Shown one piece after another: positions 1 through 12,187 of a DNA stretch of 57,608 bases. A model generated the notes under the pieces. It saw only the letters and a program-made list of their open reading frames with translations. It ran no database searches and was not told the origin of the DNA. The stretch is from Clostridia bacterium. Lineage in GTDB: Bacteria; Bacillota; Clostridia; Christensenellales; DTU072. A program made the position numbers and the translations under genes. The stretch spans positions 1 through 57,608 of the forward strand of contig JBAXZI010000004.1 in NCBI GenBank assembly GCA_041670385.1, given 5' to 3'. Each line of letters starts with the position of its first letter. Position 1 is the first letter of the stretch.

Positions 1-430
1 AAATTAATGAAAAATAGCAAAGATAGGTAGAAATATCTTTTATTATTTTTTTTGTGAAAATCATATTTGAGAGTGCACCTAAAAAGATTAATGCAATAAG
101 CAAATTTGTCATATTTATATTTGACATAAGTGCAATATAAGCAGTTATTGTAGTGCCGATATTCGCACCCATAGATATAAAATAACTATTTTTTTGCGGT
201 ATAATCTTTTTTTCGGTAAGTCCAACTAAAATACTATTTACGGCGGAAGAACTTTGCATTATTCCAGCACAAAATATTCCTAAAAAGCTATCAAAAAAGC
301 AATTTTTTACTTTCAGTTTTAGCTTAGGACTTAGTTGAAATTTTTCAGAGCATATACTATTGTTTAATAAAATTAGAGCAAATAGAAATACGCCGATTCC
401 ACATAAAAATTCAGTTACAAATATAAACAT
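1..430 (-). CDS. Na+/phosphate cotransporter (NptA-like) family membrane protein, N-terminal part; the gene runs off the left edge
   Basis: My own reverse-strand translation from the ATG (complement of 428-430) stays open to position 1: MFIFVTEFLCGIGVFLFALILLNN...GIFCAGIMQSSSAVNSILVGL...MGANIGTTITAY. The QSSSA and GANIGTT motifs are typical of Na/Pi-cotransporter repeats. It is absent from the ORF track because it is truncated. Confidence 0.6.
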   Translation of the reverse strand, partial: MFIFVTEFLCGIGVFLFALILLNNSICSEKFQLSPKLKLKVKNCFFDSFLGIFCAGIMQSSSAVNSILVGLTEKKIIPQKNSYFISMGANIGTTITAYIALMSNINMTNLLIALIFLGALSNMIFTKKIIKDISTYLCYFSLI

Positions 431-472
431 ATATTATATTTTATTGACAACAAAAATAAATATGTCAAACAC

Positions 473-501
473 TTGAAAAAATGCAGTTATTTTGATACAA
501 T
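473..501 (+). promoter_or_regulatory. sigma-A type promoter upstream of the beta-galactosidase gene
   Basis: TTGAAA (473-478), 17 nt spacer, TACAAT (496-501), with a TG at 493-494 giving an extended -10 (TGnTACAAT). Confidence 0.45.
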
Positions 502-540
502 AGAATATGAATATATGTAGCATTAATACACTATGTATAA

Positions 541-3603
<3,063 letters not shown>

Positions 3604-3627
3604 GGAGCAATTAATAAGAGAAAATAA

Positions 3628-4782
3628 ATGAGAGGATTAGTTTTAGAAGGTGGAGGAGCAAAAGGGTCGTATCATTGCGGTGCGATTAAGGCTCTCTACG
3701 AAAATGGATATAGTTTTGATGGTGTAGCAGGTACATCTATAGGTGCAATTAATGGTGCTATTGTAGCTCAAGATAATAATGTAAGCACATTGCTTGATTT
3801 ATGGACAAATTTGCAGCCGTCAGATGTTATAGATATAGATGATGAACAACTAGCAAAGTTAAATAACAAGAAATTTGACAAAGCTACTATAAAATATATG
3901 GCATCTAAAGCTTTTCACACATTGAAAAATTTAGGTTTGCCAACTGATAAAATTATACCATTTTTGAAAAAATACATAGATGAAGATAAAGTTCGGGCAA
4001 GCGGTCGAGATTATGCATTGGTTACTTATTCTATAAGTGAACGCAAACCGCTTGAGCTATTTTTGGAAGATATTCCTTATGGTCATTTGCACGAATACAT
4101 ATTTGCTAGTGCATATTTTCCATTATTCAAATTTAACAGAATACAAGGTAAATATTATATGGATGGTGGAGTTTATGACAATTTACCATTAAATACATTG
4201 GGCAATAAAGGCTATGATGAAATTGTAGCTATAAGAACAAATATGGATAAAAACAAGCATTATCGTCCATTGGAAAACAAAAATGTAAAATTAATTATGA
4301 TAGAACCACACGAATATTTGGGCAAGGCTGCAAATATGAATTTAGAAAAAATTGCTTACAATATGAAATTAGGTTATTATGATGCAATTCGTGTAATAAA
4401 AGATTATAAAGGATTACATTATTATTTCCCTACCTTAGATTATGACGATATAAGAAATTTCTTGATAAATTTGTCTGAAAAAACAATTCAAGATATAAAA
4501 ATTTTATTGAAATTACCTAGTATAACCTCAAAATGGGGTGTTATTAATGCAATTTATTATTTTACAAAAGGTGATAATGTGGTATGTGACAATGAAGAAA
4601 GTTTTGTTAGATTTTTGGAAATTTATGCAAAAAAATATGGCGTAGAGAGATTTTGCTACTATACTTTTAATGAATTCCTTGATGTTTTACAAAAAACATA
4701 CATAGAATTAAACGCAAATAAAGAAGTAACTACAAAAGAAGATTTATTATTTAATATGATTATGTCTATGGAGGAACAATGA
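3628..4782 (+). CDS. patatin-like phospholipase
   Basis: Oxyanion motif GGGAKGSYH, nucleophile elbow GTSIGA (GxSxG) and catalytic Asp motif MDGGVYDN. Confidence 0.85.
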   Translation: MRGLVLEGGGAKGSYHCGAIKALYENGYSFDGVAGTSIGAINGAIVAQDNNVSTLLDLWTNLQPSDVIDIDDEQLAKLNNKKFDKATIKYMASKAFHTLKNLGLPTDKIIPFLKKYIDEDKVRASGRDYALVTYSISERKPLELFLEDIPYGHLHEYIFASAYFPLFKFNRIQGKYYMDGGVYDNLPLNTLGNKGYDEIVAIRTNMDKNKHYRPLENKNVKLIMIEPHEYLGKAANMNLEKIAYNMKLGYYDAIRVIKDYKGLHYYFPTLDYDDIRNFLINLSEKTIQDIKILLKLPSITSKWGVINAIYYFTKGDNVVCDNEESFVRFLEIYAKKYGVERFCYYTFNEFLDVLQKTYIELNANKEVTTKEDLLFNMIMSMEEQ

Positions 4783-5882
4783 AAAAGGAAAAAGTTGTTG
4801 GAGTACTAAAGAAACTTTCTAAAAGATGGTTTATTGATGCTTTTACAGGAATGGCACAAGGTTTATTTGTTACATTAATTATAGGAACTATCCTAGCACA
4901 AATAGCTAAGTGGATTGGTGTTAATGCTGTAGGTAATGTGGTTCTAACTACCGCTAATATGGCAAAAATATTAATGGGAGCAGGCATTGGCGTAGGTATA
5001 GCAAATGCACTTAAAGCACCTAAATTAGTTATTTTTTCGGCAGCAGTCGCTGGTATGCTAGGCGCTTGGTCGGATAAAATACTCGGAGGAACATTCCAAT
5101 TTTCATTTTTAATTGGCACTAGTGGTTTACCTGGTAATCCTATCGGTGCTTATGTAGTTAGTTTGATAGCTATAGAAATTTCGTTGTTTGTAGCAGGCAA
5201 AACTAAATTAGATATTATTTTAGTTCCATTTACCGTATTATTGGTATCAATGGTTGCTATGTTTGCAGCTTGGCCTTTTATAAAATTAATAGTACTAGTT
5301 GGCAAGGGAATAGAACTTGCTACAGAGGTACAACCTTTTATTATGGGTATAATAATTGCGGTAAGTATGGGAATACTTCTTACTATGCCGACATCTTCTG
5401 CTGCGATTTGGATTGCGATAGCCGCCACAAATACATCAGATGCAATGTTACTTGCTGGTGGGGCAGCTGTATGCGGTTGTGCTTGTCAAATGGTAGGCTT
5501 TGCAGTACAAAGTTTTCGTGAAAACAAATGGGGTGGTCTTATAGCTCAAGGTTTTGGCACAAGTATGTTGCAAATACCAAACATTATGAGAAAACCAATA
5601 ATATTTATACCGCCTATAGTCGCTAGTGCGATAGTCGGTCCACTTTCTACAGTAGTTTTCCACTTAAGATGTAATGCTTCTGGTGGTGGTATGGGAACAT
5701 CAGGATTAGTTGGAATATTTGGAACAATAGAAGCAAGCACAGGCGTTATTCCTAATTGGGAAATCGGCTTGGGTATTGCTTTGCTTTTCTTTGTGATTCC
5801 TACTATCGTTTGTTTAGGATTGAGCGAATGGTTTAGAAAGAAAGGCTGGATAAATAAAGGAGATATGCTTCTTGAAGGCTAA
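4779..5882 (+). CDS. PTS EIIC-like polytopic membrane protein (PTS_EIIC_2-type); no EIIA or EIIB partner in the window
   Basis: 367 aa, very hydrophobic and Gly/Ala-rich multi-TM protein. The N-terminus KRWFIDAFTGMAQGLFVTLIIGTILAQI resembles the stand-alone EIIC-like family. The ATGA start/stop overlap couples it to the patatin gene. Confidence 0.55.
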   Translation: MKKEKVVGVLKKLSKRWFIDAFTGMAQGLFVTLIIGTILAQIAKWIGVNAVGNVVLTTANMAKILMGAGIGVGIANALKAPKLVIFSAAVAGMLGAWSDKILGGTFQFSFLIGTSGLPGNPIGAYVVSLIAIEISLFVAGKTKLDIILVPFTVLLVSMVAMFAAWPFIKLIVLVGKGIELATEVQPFIMGIIIAVSMGILLTMPTSSAAIWIAIAATNTSDAMLLAGGAAVCGCACQMVGFAVQSFRENKWGGLIAQGFGTSMLQIPNIMRKPIIFIPPIVASAIVGPLSTVVFHLRCNASGGGMGTSGLVGIFGTIEASTGVIPNWEIGLGIALLFFVIPTIVCLGLSEWFRKKGWINKGDMLLEG

Positions 5883-8424
5883 TCAAAAACTAATATTAAT
5901 AGATAGTAATAGTCTTATAAATAGGGCTTTTTATGCATTGCCACCTCTAACAAATAGAGAAGGTGTTTTTACTAATGCAATTTTAGGATATATGAGTATG
6001 CTAAATAGACTTATAAATGAAGAAAAACCAACACATCTTTGTGCTGTTTTTGATCGTAGGGGTCCAACGTTTAGACATAAAATATATGCTGAATATAAAG
6101 GTAAAAGAAAGCCTATGCCTGAAGAACTTGCTATGCAAATACCTCTTTTGCAAGAACTTTTGCAAAAAATGAATATAAAAATTTTATCTATGCAAGGGAT
6201 TGAAGCTGATGATATTATCGGCACTATAGCAAAAAGGTTTGATATTGATACCATTATAGTTAGTGGGGATAAAGATGTTTTACAGCTTGCTGATAGCACT
6301 ACAAGAATTTTTCATACAAAAAGAGGCGTTAGCGATGTAAAAATTTACACACCAAAAGAATTAGAAGAAGAAGGTTTATCTCCACAAAAAGTTATAGAAT
6401 ATAAAGGACTTGCTGGAGATAGTTCGGATAATATACCTGGTGCTGCCGGAGTTGGTGACAAAACAGCAAGAATTTTGCTTGATGAATACGGCGATATAGA
6501 TAATATTTATAAAAATATAGATAATATAAAAGGTAAATTAAGAGATAGACTAATTGATTCCAAAGAAAAAGTATATTTATCTAAAGAATTAGCGACAATT
6601 TGCACTAGTGTTAATATTCCGTGTGAATTATCTGATTTAGAATTTGTTTATCCATTTCCAATTGAAGCAAAACAAGTTTTCCAAAAATTAGAATTTACTA
6701 AATTGCATTTTGAATTTTCAGGAGATGAAAATTCAGTAGTTGCAAAAAAAATAGTTATAGCAGCTCAAGAATTAAAAAGCGAAGAAGAAATAAAAAAATT
6801 AGTAGAAAGTATAAAGAAAAATACTCAAATTGCCACTGTTTGGGGCGAAGAAAATGTTTTATTGAGTTTTGAAGGCAAAGAGTACAATATAAAATTAACG
6901 AATGATTTATTTGGTAATGGTTTTAACGACTATGTGGTAGCAGAATTAGTAGCTAAATTGTATTCGAGTGATTATATAAATATAATTTTTGATGTAAAAA
7001 ATTCAATGTATTTTATGCACGAATTTGGCGTAGAAATTGCAAAGCCATATGAGGATATTTTAATCAAAGGATATTTGCTAAATTCCAATAAAGTTATTAA
7101 AAGTATGGATCAATTACTTAATAATTATGGTTATTTAGAAAACATTAATTCGGCTTATAATATACTTGATGTAAACAAAGTATTATATGATTTATTAGAA
7201 AAAAATCATATGACAAAACTATATAGGGAAGTAGAACTTCCTTTAGTTGAATGCTTGTACAATATGGAAAAAGCAGGATTTTTGTTAGATACAAAAATGC
7301 TTGATGAATTAAGTGTAGAATACCAAGAAGAATTAGATAAACTAACTAAGCAAATTTATGAAATGGCAGGAGAAGAGTTTAATATAAAAAGTAATAAGCA
7401 ATTAAGTTATATTTTATTTGAAAAATTAGAATTGCAACACGGGAAAAAGAATAAAACGGGTTTGTCGGTTAATGCCGAGGTATTAGAAGAGATAGAACAT
7501 CCTCTTGCAGAACTTTTATTAAGGTATAGAACTATAGCAAAATTGCGTTCTACCTATGTAGAAGGTATGCGTAATGTAATGAGTAAAAGCAGTGGCAAAG
7601 TGCATACTGTCTTTAAGCAGTGCCTTACAGTAACAGGTAGATTGTCTTCTACTGAGCCTAATTTGCAAAATATTCCAGTAAGAAAACCTGAAGGACAAAC
7701 ACTTAGAAAAATGTTTATTCCTAGTAAGGGGAATTTACTTGTTAGTGCAGATTATTCACAAATAGAATTGCGTTTGCTAGCACATTATTCTGAAGATGAG
7801 AATTTGATTCAAGCATATAAAGATTGTGTAGATATTCACGCACTTACTGCAAGTAAAATTTTCAAAACGCCACTTAATGAAGTAACAAGTGCTATGCGTT
7901 CTTCCGCAAAAGCAGTAAATTTCGGTATTATTTATGGAATAAGTAGTTTTGGTTTGGCAAAAAATGCGGGTGTAGGCAATTATGAAGCCAAAAAATTTAT
8001 TGATAGTTATTTTGAGAGTTATCCTAGTGTAAAAAAATTTATGGACCGTAATGTAAAAACGGCGATTGCACAAGGTTATCTAACTACAATGCTTGGAAGA
8101 ATCAGATATTTTCCTGAACTTGCATCACCTAAATATATGATAAAAGAATTTGGTAAAAGGGCAGCAATGAATATGCCTTTGCAGGGGTCAGCAAGTGATA
8201 TTATTAAATTAGCAATGTTAAATGTTGATAGTGCATTAAAAAAGCAAAATCTTAAGTCAAAACTAATTTTGCAGGTTCACGATGAACTTATATTAGATGT
8301 TCCTTGTGAGGAATTAGAACAAATAAAGGTATTATTAAAAGAAAATATGGAAAATGTAGTAGTATTAAAAATTCCATTACTTATCAATATTGCTAGTGGT
8401 AAAAATTGGTATGAGGCAAAATAA
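5872..8424 (+). CDS. polA: DNA polymerase I
   Basis: 850 aa. 5'-nuclease N-terminus LILIDSNSLINRAFYAL; polymerase motifs DYSQIELRLLAH and QVHDELILD. TTG start sits 9 nt after AAGGAG and overlaps the upstream stop by 11 nt. Confidence 0.95.
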   Translation: MKANQKLILIDSNSLINRAFYALPPLTNREGVFTNAILGYMSMLNRLINEEKPTHLCAVFDRRGPTFRHKIYAEYKGKRKPMPEELAMQIPLLQELLQKMNIKILSMQGIEADDIIGTIAKRFDIDTIIVSGDKDVLQLADSTTRIFHTKRGVSDVKIYTPKELEEEGLSPQKVIEYKGLAGDSSDNIPGAAGVGDKTARILLDEYGDIDNIYKNIDNIKGKLRDRLIDSKEKVYLSKELATICTSVNIPCELSDLEFVYPFPIEAKQVFQKLEFTKLHFEFSGDENSVVAKKIVIAAQELKSEEEIKKLVESIKKNTQIATVWGEENVLLSFEGKEYNIKLTNDLFGNGFNDYVVAELVAKLYSSDYINIIFDVKNSMYFMHEFGVEIAKPYEDILIKGYLLNSNKVIKSMDQLLNNYGYLENINSAYNILDVNKVLYDLLEKNHMTKLYREVELPLVECLYNMEKAGFLLDTKMLDELSVEYQEELDKLTKQIYEMAGEEFNIKSNKQLSYILFEKLELQHGKKNKTGLSVNAEVLEEIEHPLAELLLRYRTIAKLRSTYVEGMRNVMSKSSGKVHTVFKQCLTVTGRLSSTEPNLQNIPVRKPEGQTLRKMFIPSKGNLLVSADYSQIELRLLAHYSEDENLIQAYKDCVDIHALTASKIFKTPLNEVTSAMRSSAKAVNFGIIYGISSFGLAKNAGVGNYEAKKFIDSYFESYPSVKKFMDRNVKTAIAQGYLTTMLGRIRYFPELASPKYMIKEFGKRAAMNMPLQGSASDIIKLAMLNVDSALKKQNLKSKLILQVHDELILDVPCEELEQIKVLLKENMENVVVLKIPLLINIASGKNWYEAK

Positions 8425-8994
8425 ATGAAAGTTTGTATTACCGGTGTAATAGGCAGCGGAAAGAGTGCTATAGGTCATATACTAACGGATAAAGGCAAAA
8501 CCTTTATAAGTTGTGATGAAATAAATTCCGAATTACTAAAAGATGCTGATTATCAAGAAATATTAAAAGAAAATTTTGGCGATATAATAGTTAATGGGGA
8601 AGTTGACCGAACTAAACTCGGAGAAATTATATTTTCAGATAAAGATAAAAGAGAATTGCTTAATAAATTAAGTCATCCGAGAATAAATGACAAAGTTATG
8701 CAAGAAATAAATAAAGAAGGTAATATATTTATAGAAGTACCTTTACTTATAGAAAGCGGTTTAGCCGACAATTTTGACCGTATTTGGCTAGTTTTACCAG
8801 ATAAAAATAAACAAGTTCAAATAATTATGGATAGAGACCATATTTCAAGTGAACTTGCTCAAAAGAAAATTATGTTGCAACAAGGAAATGAAAATAAACT
8901 TGTAGCTTTGGCAACTGATATTGTTTACAACGATTACAATTATGAAAAATTAACACAAAAAGTTGAAAAATTATTGCAAAAACTAGAGAATTAA
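8425..8994 (+). CDS. coaE: dephospho-CoA kinase
   Basis: 189 aa, P-loop GVIGSGKS, conserved polA-coaE synteny. The ATG immediately follows the polA stop. Confidence 0.85.
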   Translation: MKVCITGVIGSGKSAIGHILTDKGKTFISCDEINSELLKDADYQEILKENFGDIIVNGEVDRTKLGEIIFSDKDKRELLNKLSHPRINDKVMQEINKEGNIFIEVPLLIESGLADNFDRIWLVLPDKNKQVQIIMDRDHISSELAQKKIMLQQGNENKLVALATDIVYNDYNYEKLTQKVEKLLQKLEN

Positions 8995-10232
8995 TGGAAC
9001 ATTTAATTTTGCACGTGGATGCTAATAATTTTTTTGCTTCTGTAGCTGTTGCAAATAATCCTTCATTAAAAGGACGTGCTGTGGCTGTTTGTGGTGCAAA
9101 AGATGAAAGACACGGCATTGTACTAGCTAAGAGTAATATTGCTAAGGGGTATGGTATAAAGACAGGTGATACTGTGAGTGAAGCAAGGAGAAAAGCTCCT
9201 GATTTAGTTATTGTACCACCCGATTATAAACAATATGCAAAATACTCTTATTTACTTTATAATTTATATATTGATTATACACCTAATGTAGAAAGTTTTG
9301 GATTAGATGAATGTTGGCTTGATGTAACCGGTTGCGAAAAAGAGTATGGAAGTGGCGAAAATCTTGCAAATATAATTAGAGAACGCATAAAAAAAGAAAT
9401 TGGACTTACCGTATCGGTCGGGGTATCTTTTACTAAAATTTTTGCTAAAATAGGAAGTGATTACAAAAAACCTGATGCAACTACAGTAATAACAAAGGAA
9501 AACTACAAAGATATTATATGGAATCTAAATGTAGAAGAAATGCTATTTGTAGGTAGGTCAGTAAAAGCAAAATTACAAAAATTAGGTATAAAGAAAATAG
9601 GGCAACTTGCAAATATGCCTATTAAAGACCTAAAAGACCTTTTCGGGAAAGTAGGAGAAAAGATATATAATTCTGCTAATGGTATCGAAGATGAGGGCGT
9701 AAAACTTTATACGGATAAACATATTCCTGAAAGTGTAAGTAATGGCACTACACCAGTACACGATATCACGAATACTAAAGATGCAACTTCGCTTATTTAT
9801 TCACTATGTGAAATTATTGCTTATCGTCTTAGACAAAATAATTTAGTTGCACAAGGTGTCGCTATTCATATTAGAGATACAGATTTGTGTAGTATGACAA
9901 GACAAGAAAAATTAATATCTCCGACATCTAATTCATCAGTTATTTCGCAAAAAGCATTAGAAATACTTGGAAAACATTATTCGTTTAGTGAAAATTTGCC
10001 ATTAAGGGCAATAACGATAGCAACTTATGGACTAATTTCTGCTAGTGATATGGTGCAATTAAGTTTTATTGAAGATAACCATAATTGTCAAATAGATAAA
10101 AATATAGATAATTTAAGAAAAAAATATGGATTTAATGTGCTTAAATTAGGGGTGGAATTAGACCCGGAATTTGGGTGCGAAGCGAGAGCTATTGAAGATG
10201 GCTTTTTGCCATTTGATAAGAAAAATATATAA
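8994..10232 (+). CDS. Y-family (DinB/UmuC superfamily) translesion DNA polymerase
   Basis: N-terminal HVDANNFFASV, catalytic GLDECWLDVT (Asp-Glu), palm/finger motif SVGVSFTKIFAKIGSDYKKP. Confidence 0.85.
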   Translation: MEHLILHVDANNFFASVAVANNPSLKGRAVAVCGAKDERHGIVLAKSNIAKGYGIKTGDTVSEARRKAPDLVIVPPDYKQYAKYSYLLYNLYIDYTPNVESFGLDECWLDVTGCEKEYGSGENLANIIRERIKKEIGLTVSVGVSFTKIFAKIGSDYKKPDATTVITKENYKDIIWNLNVEEMLFVGRSVKAKLQKLGIKKIGQLANMPIKDLKDLFGKVGEKIYNSANGIEDEGVKLYTDKHIPESVSNGTTPVHDITNTKDATSLIYSLCEIIAYRLRQNNLVAQGVAIHIRDTDLCSMTRQEKLISPTSNSSVISQKALEILGKHYSFSENLPLRAITIATYGLISASDMVQLSFIEDNHNCQIDKNIDNLRKKYGFNVLKLGVELDPEFGCEARAIEDGFLPFDKKNI

Positions 10233-10268
10233 AAAAATTGCCTTGATAAATTCAAAGCAATTTTTTTT
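10231..10268. terminator. bidirectional intrinsic terminator between the convergent Y-family polymerase and degV genes
   Basis: An A-run, the hairpin ATTGCCTTGA-taaat-TCAAAGCAAT (one mismatch), then a T8 run. Confidence 0.6.
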
Positions 10269-10287
10269 GATTTTAATGTTTAATAAA

Positions 10288-11154
10288 TTATTCTTCTACA
10301 TCACTTACATAAACTGCAGCCATTGTATCAGGGCCACAATGCGTACCAATAACTGGTCCAATATCATAATCCCAAATAGTAGCGGTAGGATAAGCTTCTA
10401 AAATTTTAGCTTTGATAAATTCAGCATCTTTTTTGCAATCGCCATTCATGATTCCAATAGGATATTTATCAATATCTCTTACATTTTCGATTACTTCATT
10501 AGCAATAACATTAAGAGATTTTGCTCTTCCATTAACTTTTGAGGTATTGATAAGTTTGCCATCAACCATTTTAATAATTGGTTTTACTTTAAGTATAGAA
10601 CCTAAAGTAGCTTGTGCACTTGATAATCTACCACCTTTCTTTAGGTAATGTAAATCATTAACTGTCATAATTGTTCTAATACGTTTTATGAAAACAGTAA
10701 GGAAATCAATAATTTCTTGATGAGTTTTACCTTCTTGTGCCATTTTACCTGCCATATAAACAGGAATACCTGCAGCAAGAGAGTTTCCTCTTGTATCAAA
10801 ACGTGTAAAGGTGGCATCAGGATATTTTTCTTTTAGTTCTGTAATTGCCATATTTAAATGATTAAAAGTTCCGCTCATTTCTGTAGAAAAACTTATATAA
10901 AGGATATCCTCACCTTTTTTGAAAAATGGTTCGAAATATTCTTTGTATTCTTCTGCGTTAAGTGCTGATGTAATTGGCATATTACCTTCACGAACGGTAT
11001 CAAAAAATTCTTTAGCAGTGTAATGTTCACCAAGGTCATAAAAATATTCTTTTCCGCATATAGTATAAGGCATTCTAATTACATTATTTAAGCCTATTTC
11101 TTTAGCTGTCTTAAAATTTAACTCACAATTTGTGTCTATAAATATAGTTGACAT
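10288..11154 (-). CDS. DegV family fatty-acid-binding protein
   Basis: 288 aa. Typical DegV features: IFIDTNCEL..., SGT motif (EMSGTFN), C-terminal IGPVIGTHCGP. Confidence 0.85.
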   Translation of the reverse strand: MSTIFIDTNCELNFKTAKEIGLNNVIRMPYTICGKEYFYDLGEHYTAKEFFDTVREGNMPITSALNAEEYKEYFEPFFKKGEDILYISFSTEMSGTFNHLNMAITELKEKYPDATFTRFDTRGNSLAAGIPVYMAGKMAQEGKTHQEIIDFLTVFIKRIRTIMTVNDLHYLKKGGRLSSAQATLGSILKVKPIIKMVDGKLINTSKVNGRAKSLNVIANEVIENVRDIDKYPIGIMNGDCKKDAEFIKAKILEAYPTATIWDYDIGPVIGTHCGPDTMAAVYVSDVEE

Positions 11155-11344
11155 AATTATATTACTCCTTTATTCATATTTAAATATCAATATAAATTAC
11201 GATATTTTATAATAATTATAATATAAATATAATTTTATAGCAACTTATTTAATGTACAATTTGAAATTAAGATATATTCAATACAATAGCAGTTGCTATT
11301 GCATAAAAATTTAGCTATAGAATATATATTTATAGAGGTGAACA

Positions 11345-12187
11345 ATGGAAAATTTAGGTTATTATAATGAAGAAATTGATGAATTGCAAACTCTAAAAAT
11401 TCCTGTTTTAGATAGGGCTTGTTATTTTGGTGATGCTATATATGATGCAACATATTCAAATAATCATAATCCTTTTGCATTAAGAGAGCATATTGATAGA
11501 TTTTTTGAAAGTTCCAAACTTGTAGGAATAAATTTGGATTTTTCAAAAGATTTTTTAGAAGATTTAATAAGAAATTTAGCTAAAAAAGTGGATAACGGTA
11601 ATCAATTTGTATATTGGCAAGCAAGTAGAGGCAGTGCAATTAGAGAACATTATTATAAAGGTAAAGCTAATTTATTAGTTATGATTTATCCTAAGGATAT
11701 AGTAGCTATGGATACAAAATACAAGGTAATAACGTTAGAAGATAAAAGATATTTATATTGTAATGCAAAAACAATAAATCTTATGCCCAATATTTTAGGA
11801 AGTATTAATGCTAAAAAAGTAGGTTGTAATGAAGCTATTTTTATTAGAAATGGTATTGTAAGCGAGGGTTTGCATAGTAATGTTCATATTTTGAAAGATA
11901 ACAAACTAATAACGCCAATTCTTGACAATAGAATTTTGTCTGGCGTAGCACGCAATCATCTTTTATTAGCTTGTGAAAAGTTAGGAATACCTGTGCAAAG
12001 TAGAGATATTGCAGAAAATGAATTATATGACTGTGACCAAATTATTTTTACTTCTTCAGGCGGTATGTGTGTTGGTGTAAAACAAATTAATGAAACTAAA
12101 ATAATTCAAAATAACCAATCAACATTAAATAAATTAAAAGAAATTATATATAAGGAGTTTTTTGATAGTACAAAATATGGATTATAG
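11345..12187 (+). CDS. dat: D-amino-acid aminotransferase (class IV PLP enzyme)
   Basis: 280 aa, fold-type IV pattern (RACYFGDAIYD, catalytic-Lys region YCNAKTINLMPNILG, GVARN). It lies directly upstream of the alanine racemase gene. Confidence 0.75.
   Translation: MENLGYYNEEIDELQTLKIPVLDRACYFGDAIYDATYSNNHNPFALREHIDRFFESSKLVGINLDFSKDFLEDLIRNLAKKVDNGNQFVYWQASRGSAIREHYYKGKANLLVMIYPKDIVAMDTKYKVITLEDKRYLYCNAKTINLMPNILGSINAKKVGCNEAIFIRNGIVSEGLHSNVHILKDNKLITPILDNRILSGVARNHLLLACEKLGIPVQSRDIAENELYDCDQIIFTSSGGMCVGVKQINETKIIQNNQSTLNKLKEIIYKEFFDSTKYGL

Noticed and set aside
3628-4782. Patatin-like protein as a phage-defence effector (CBASS-like or similar)
   Set aside because: No cyclase, sensor, nuclease or other defence gene is adjacent. 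Its neighbours are lacZ, a membrane protein and polA, and there are no mobile-element or island boundaries. It is kept only as a lipase with an unusual coupled partner.
4766-5119. Numerous antisense or alternative-frame ORFs inside long genes (for example 4766-5119, 5931-6299, 18795-19154, 30557-30937, 32154-32531, 35328-35666, 53951-54481, 54450-54830)
   Set aside because: All lie wholly within, and opposite or out of frame to, well-supported conserved genes. They lack RBSs and have the skewed, low-complexity composition typical of shadow ORFs in AT-rich DNA.
10171-10401. A 76-aa plus-strand ORF spanning the polymerase 3' end, the terminator and the degV 3' end
   Set aside because: It crosses a bidirectional terminator, overlaps two supported genes, and has no RBS or recognisable motif.
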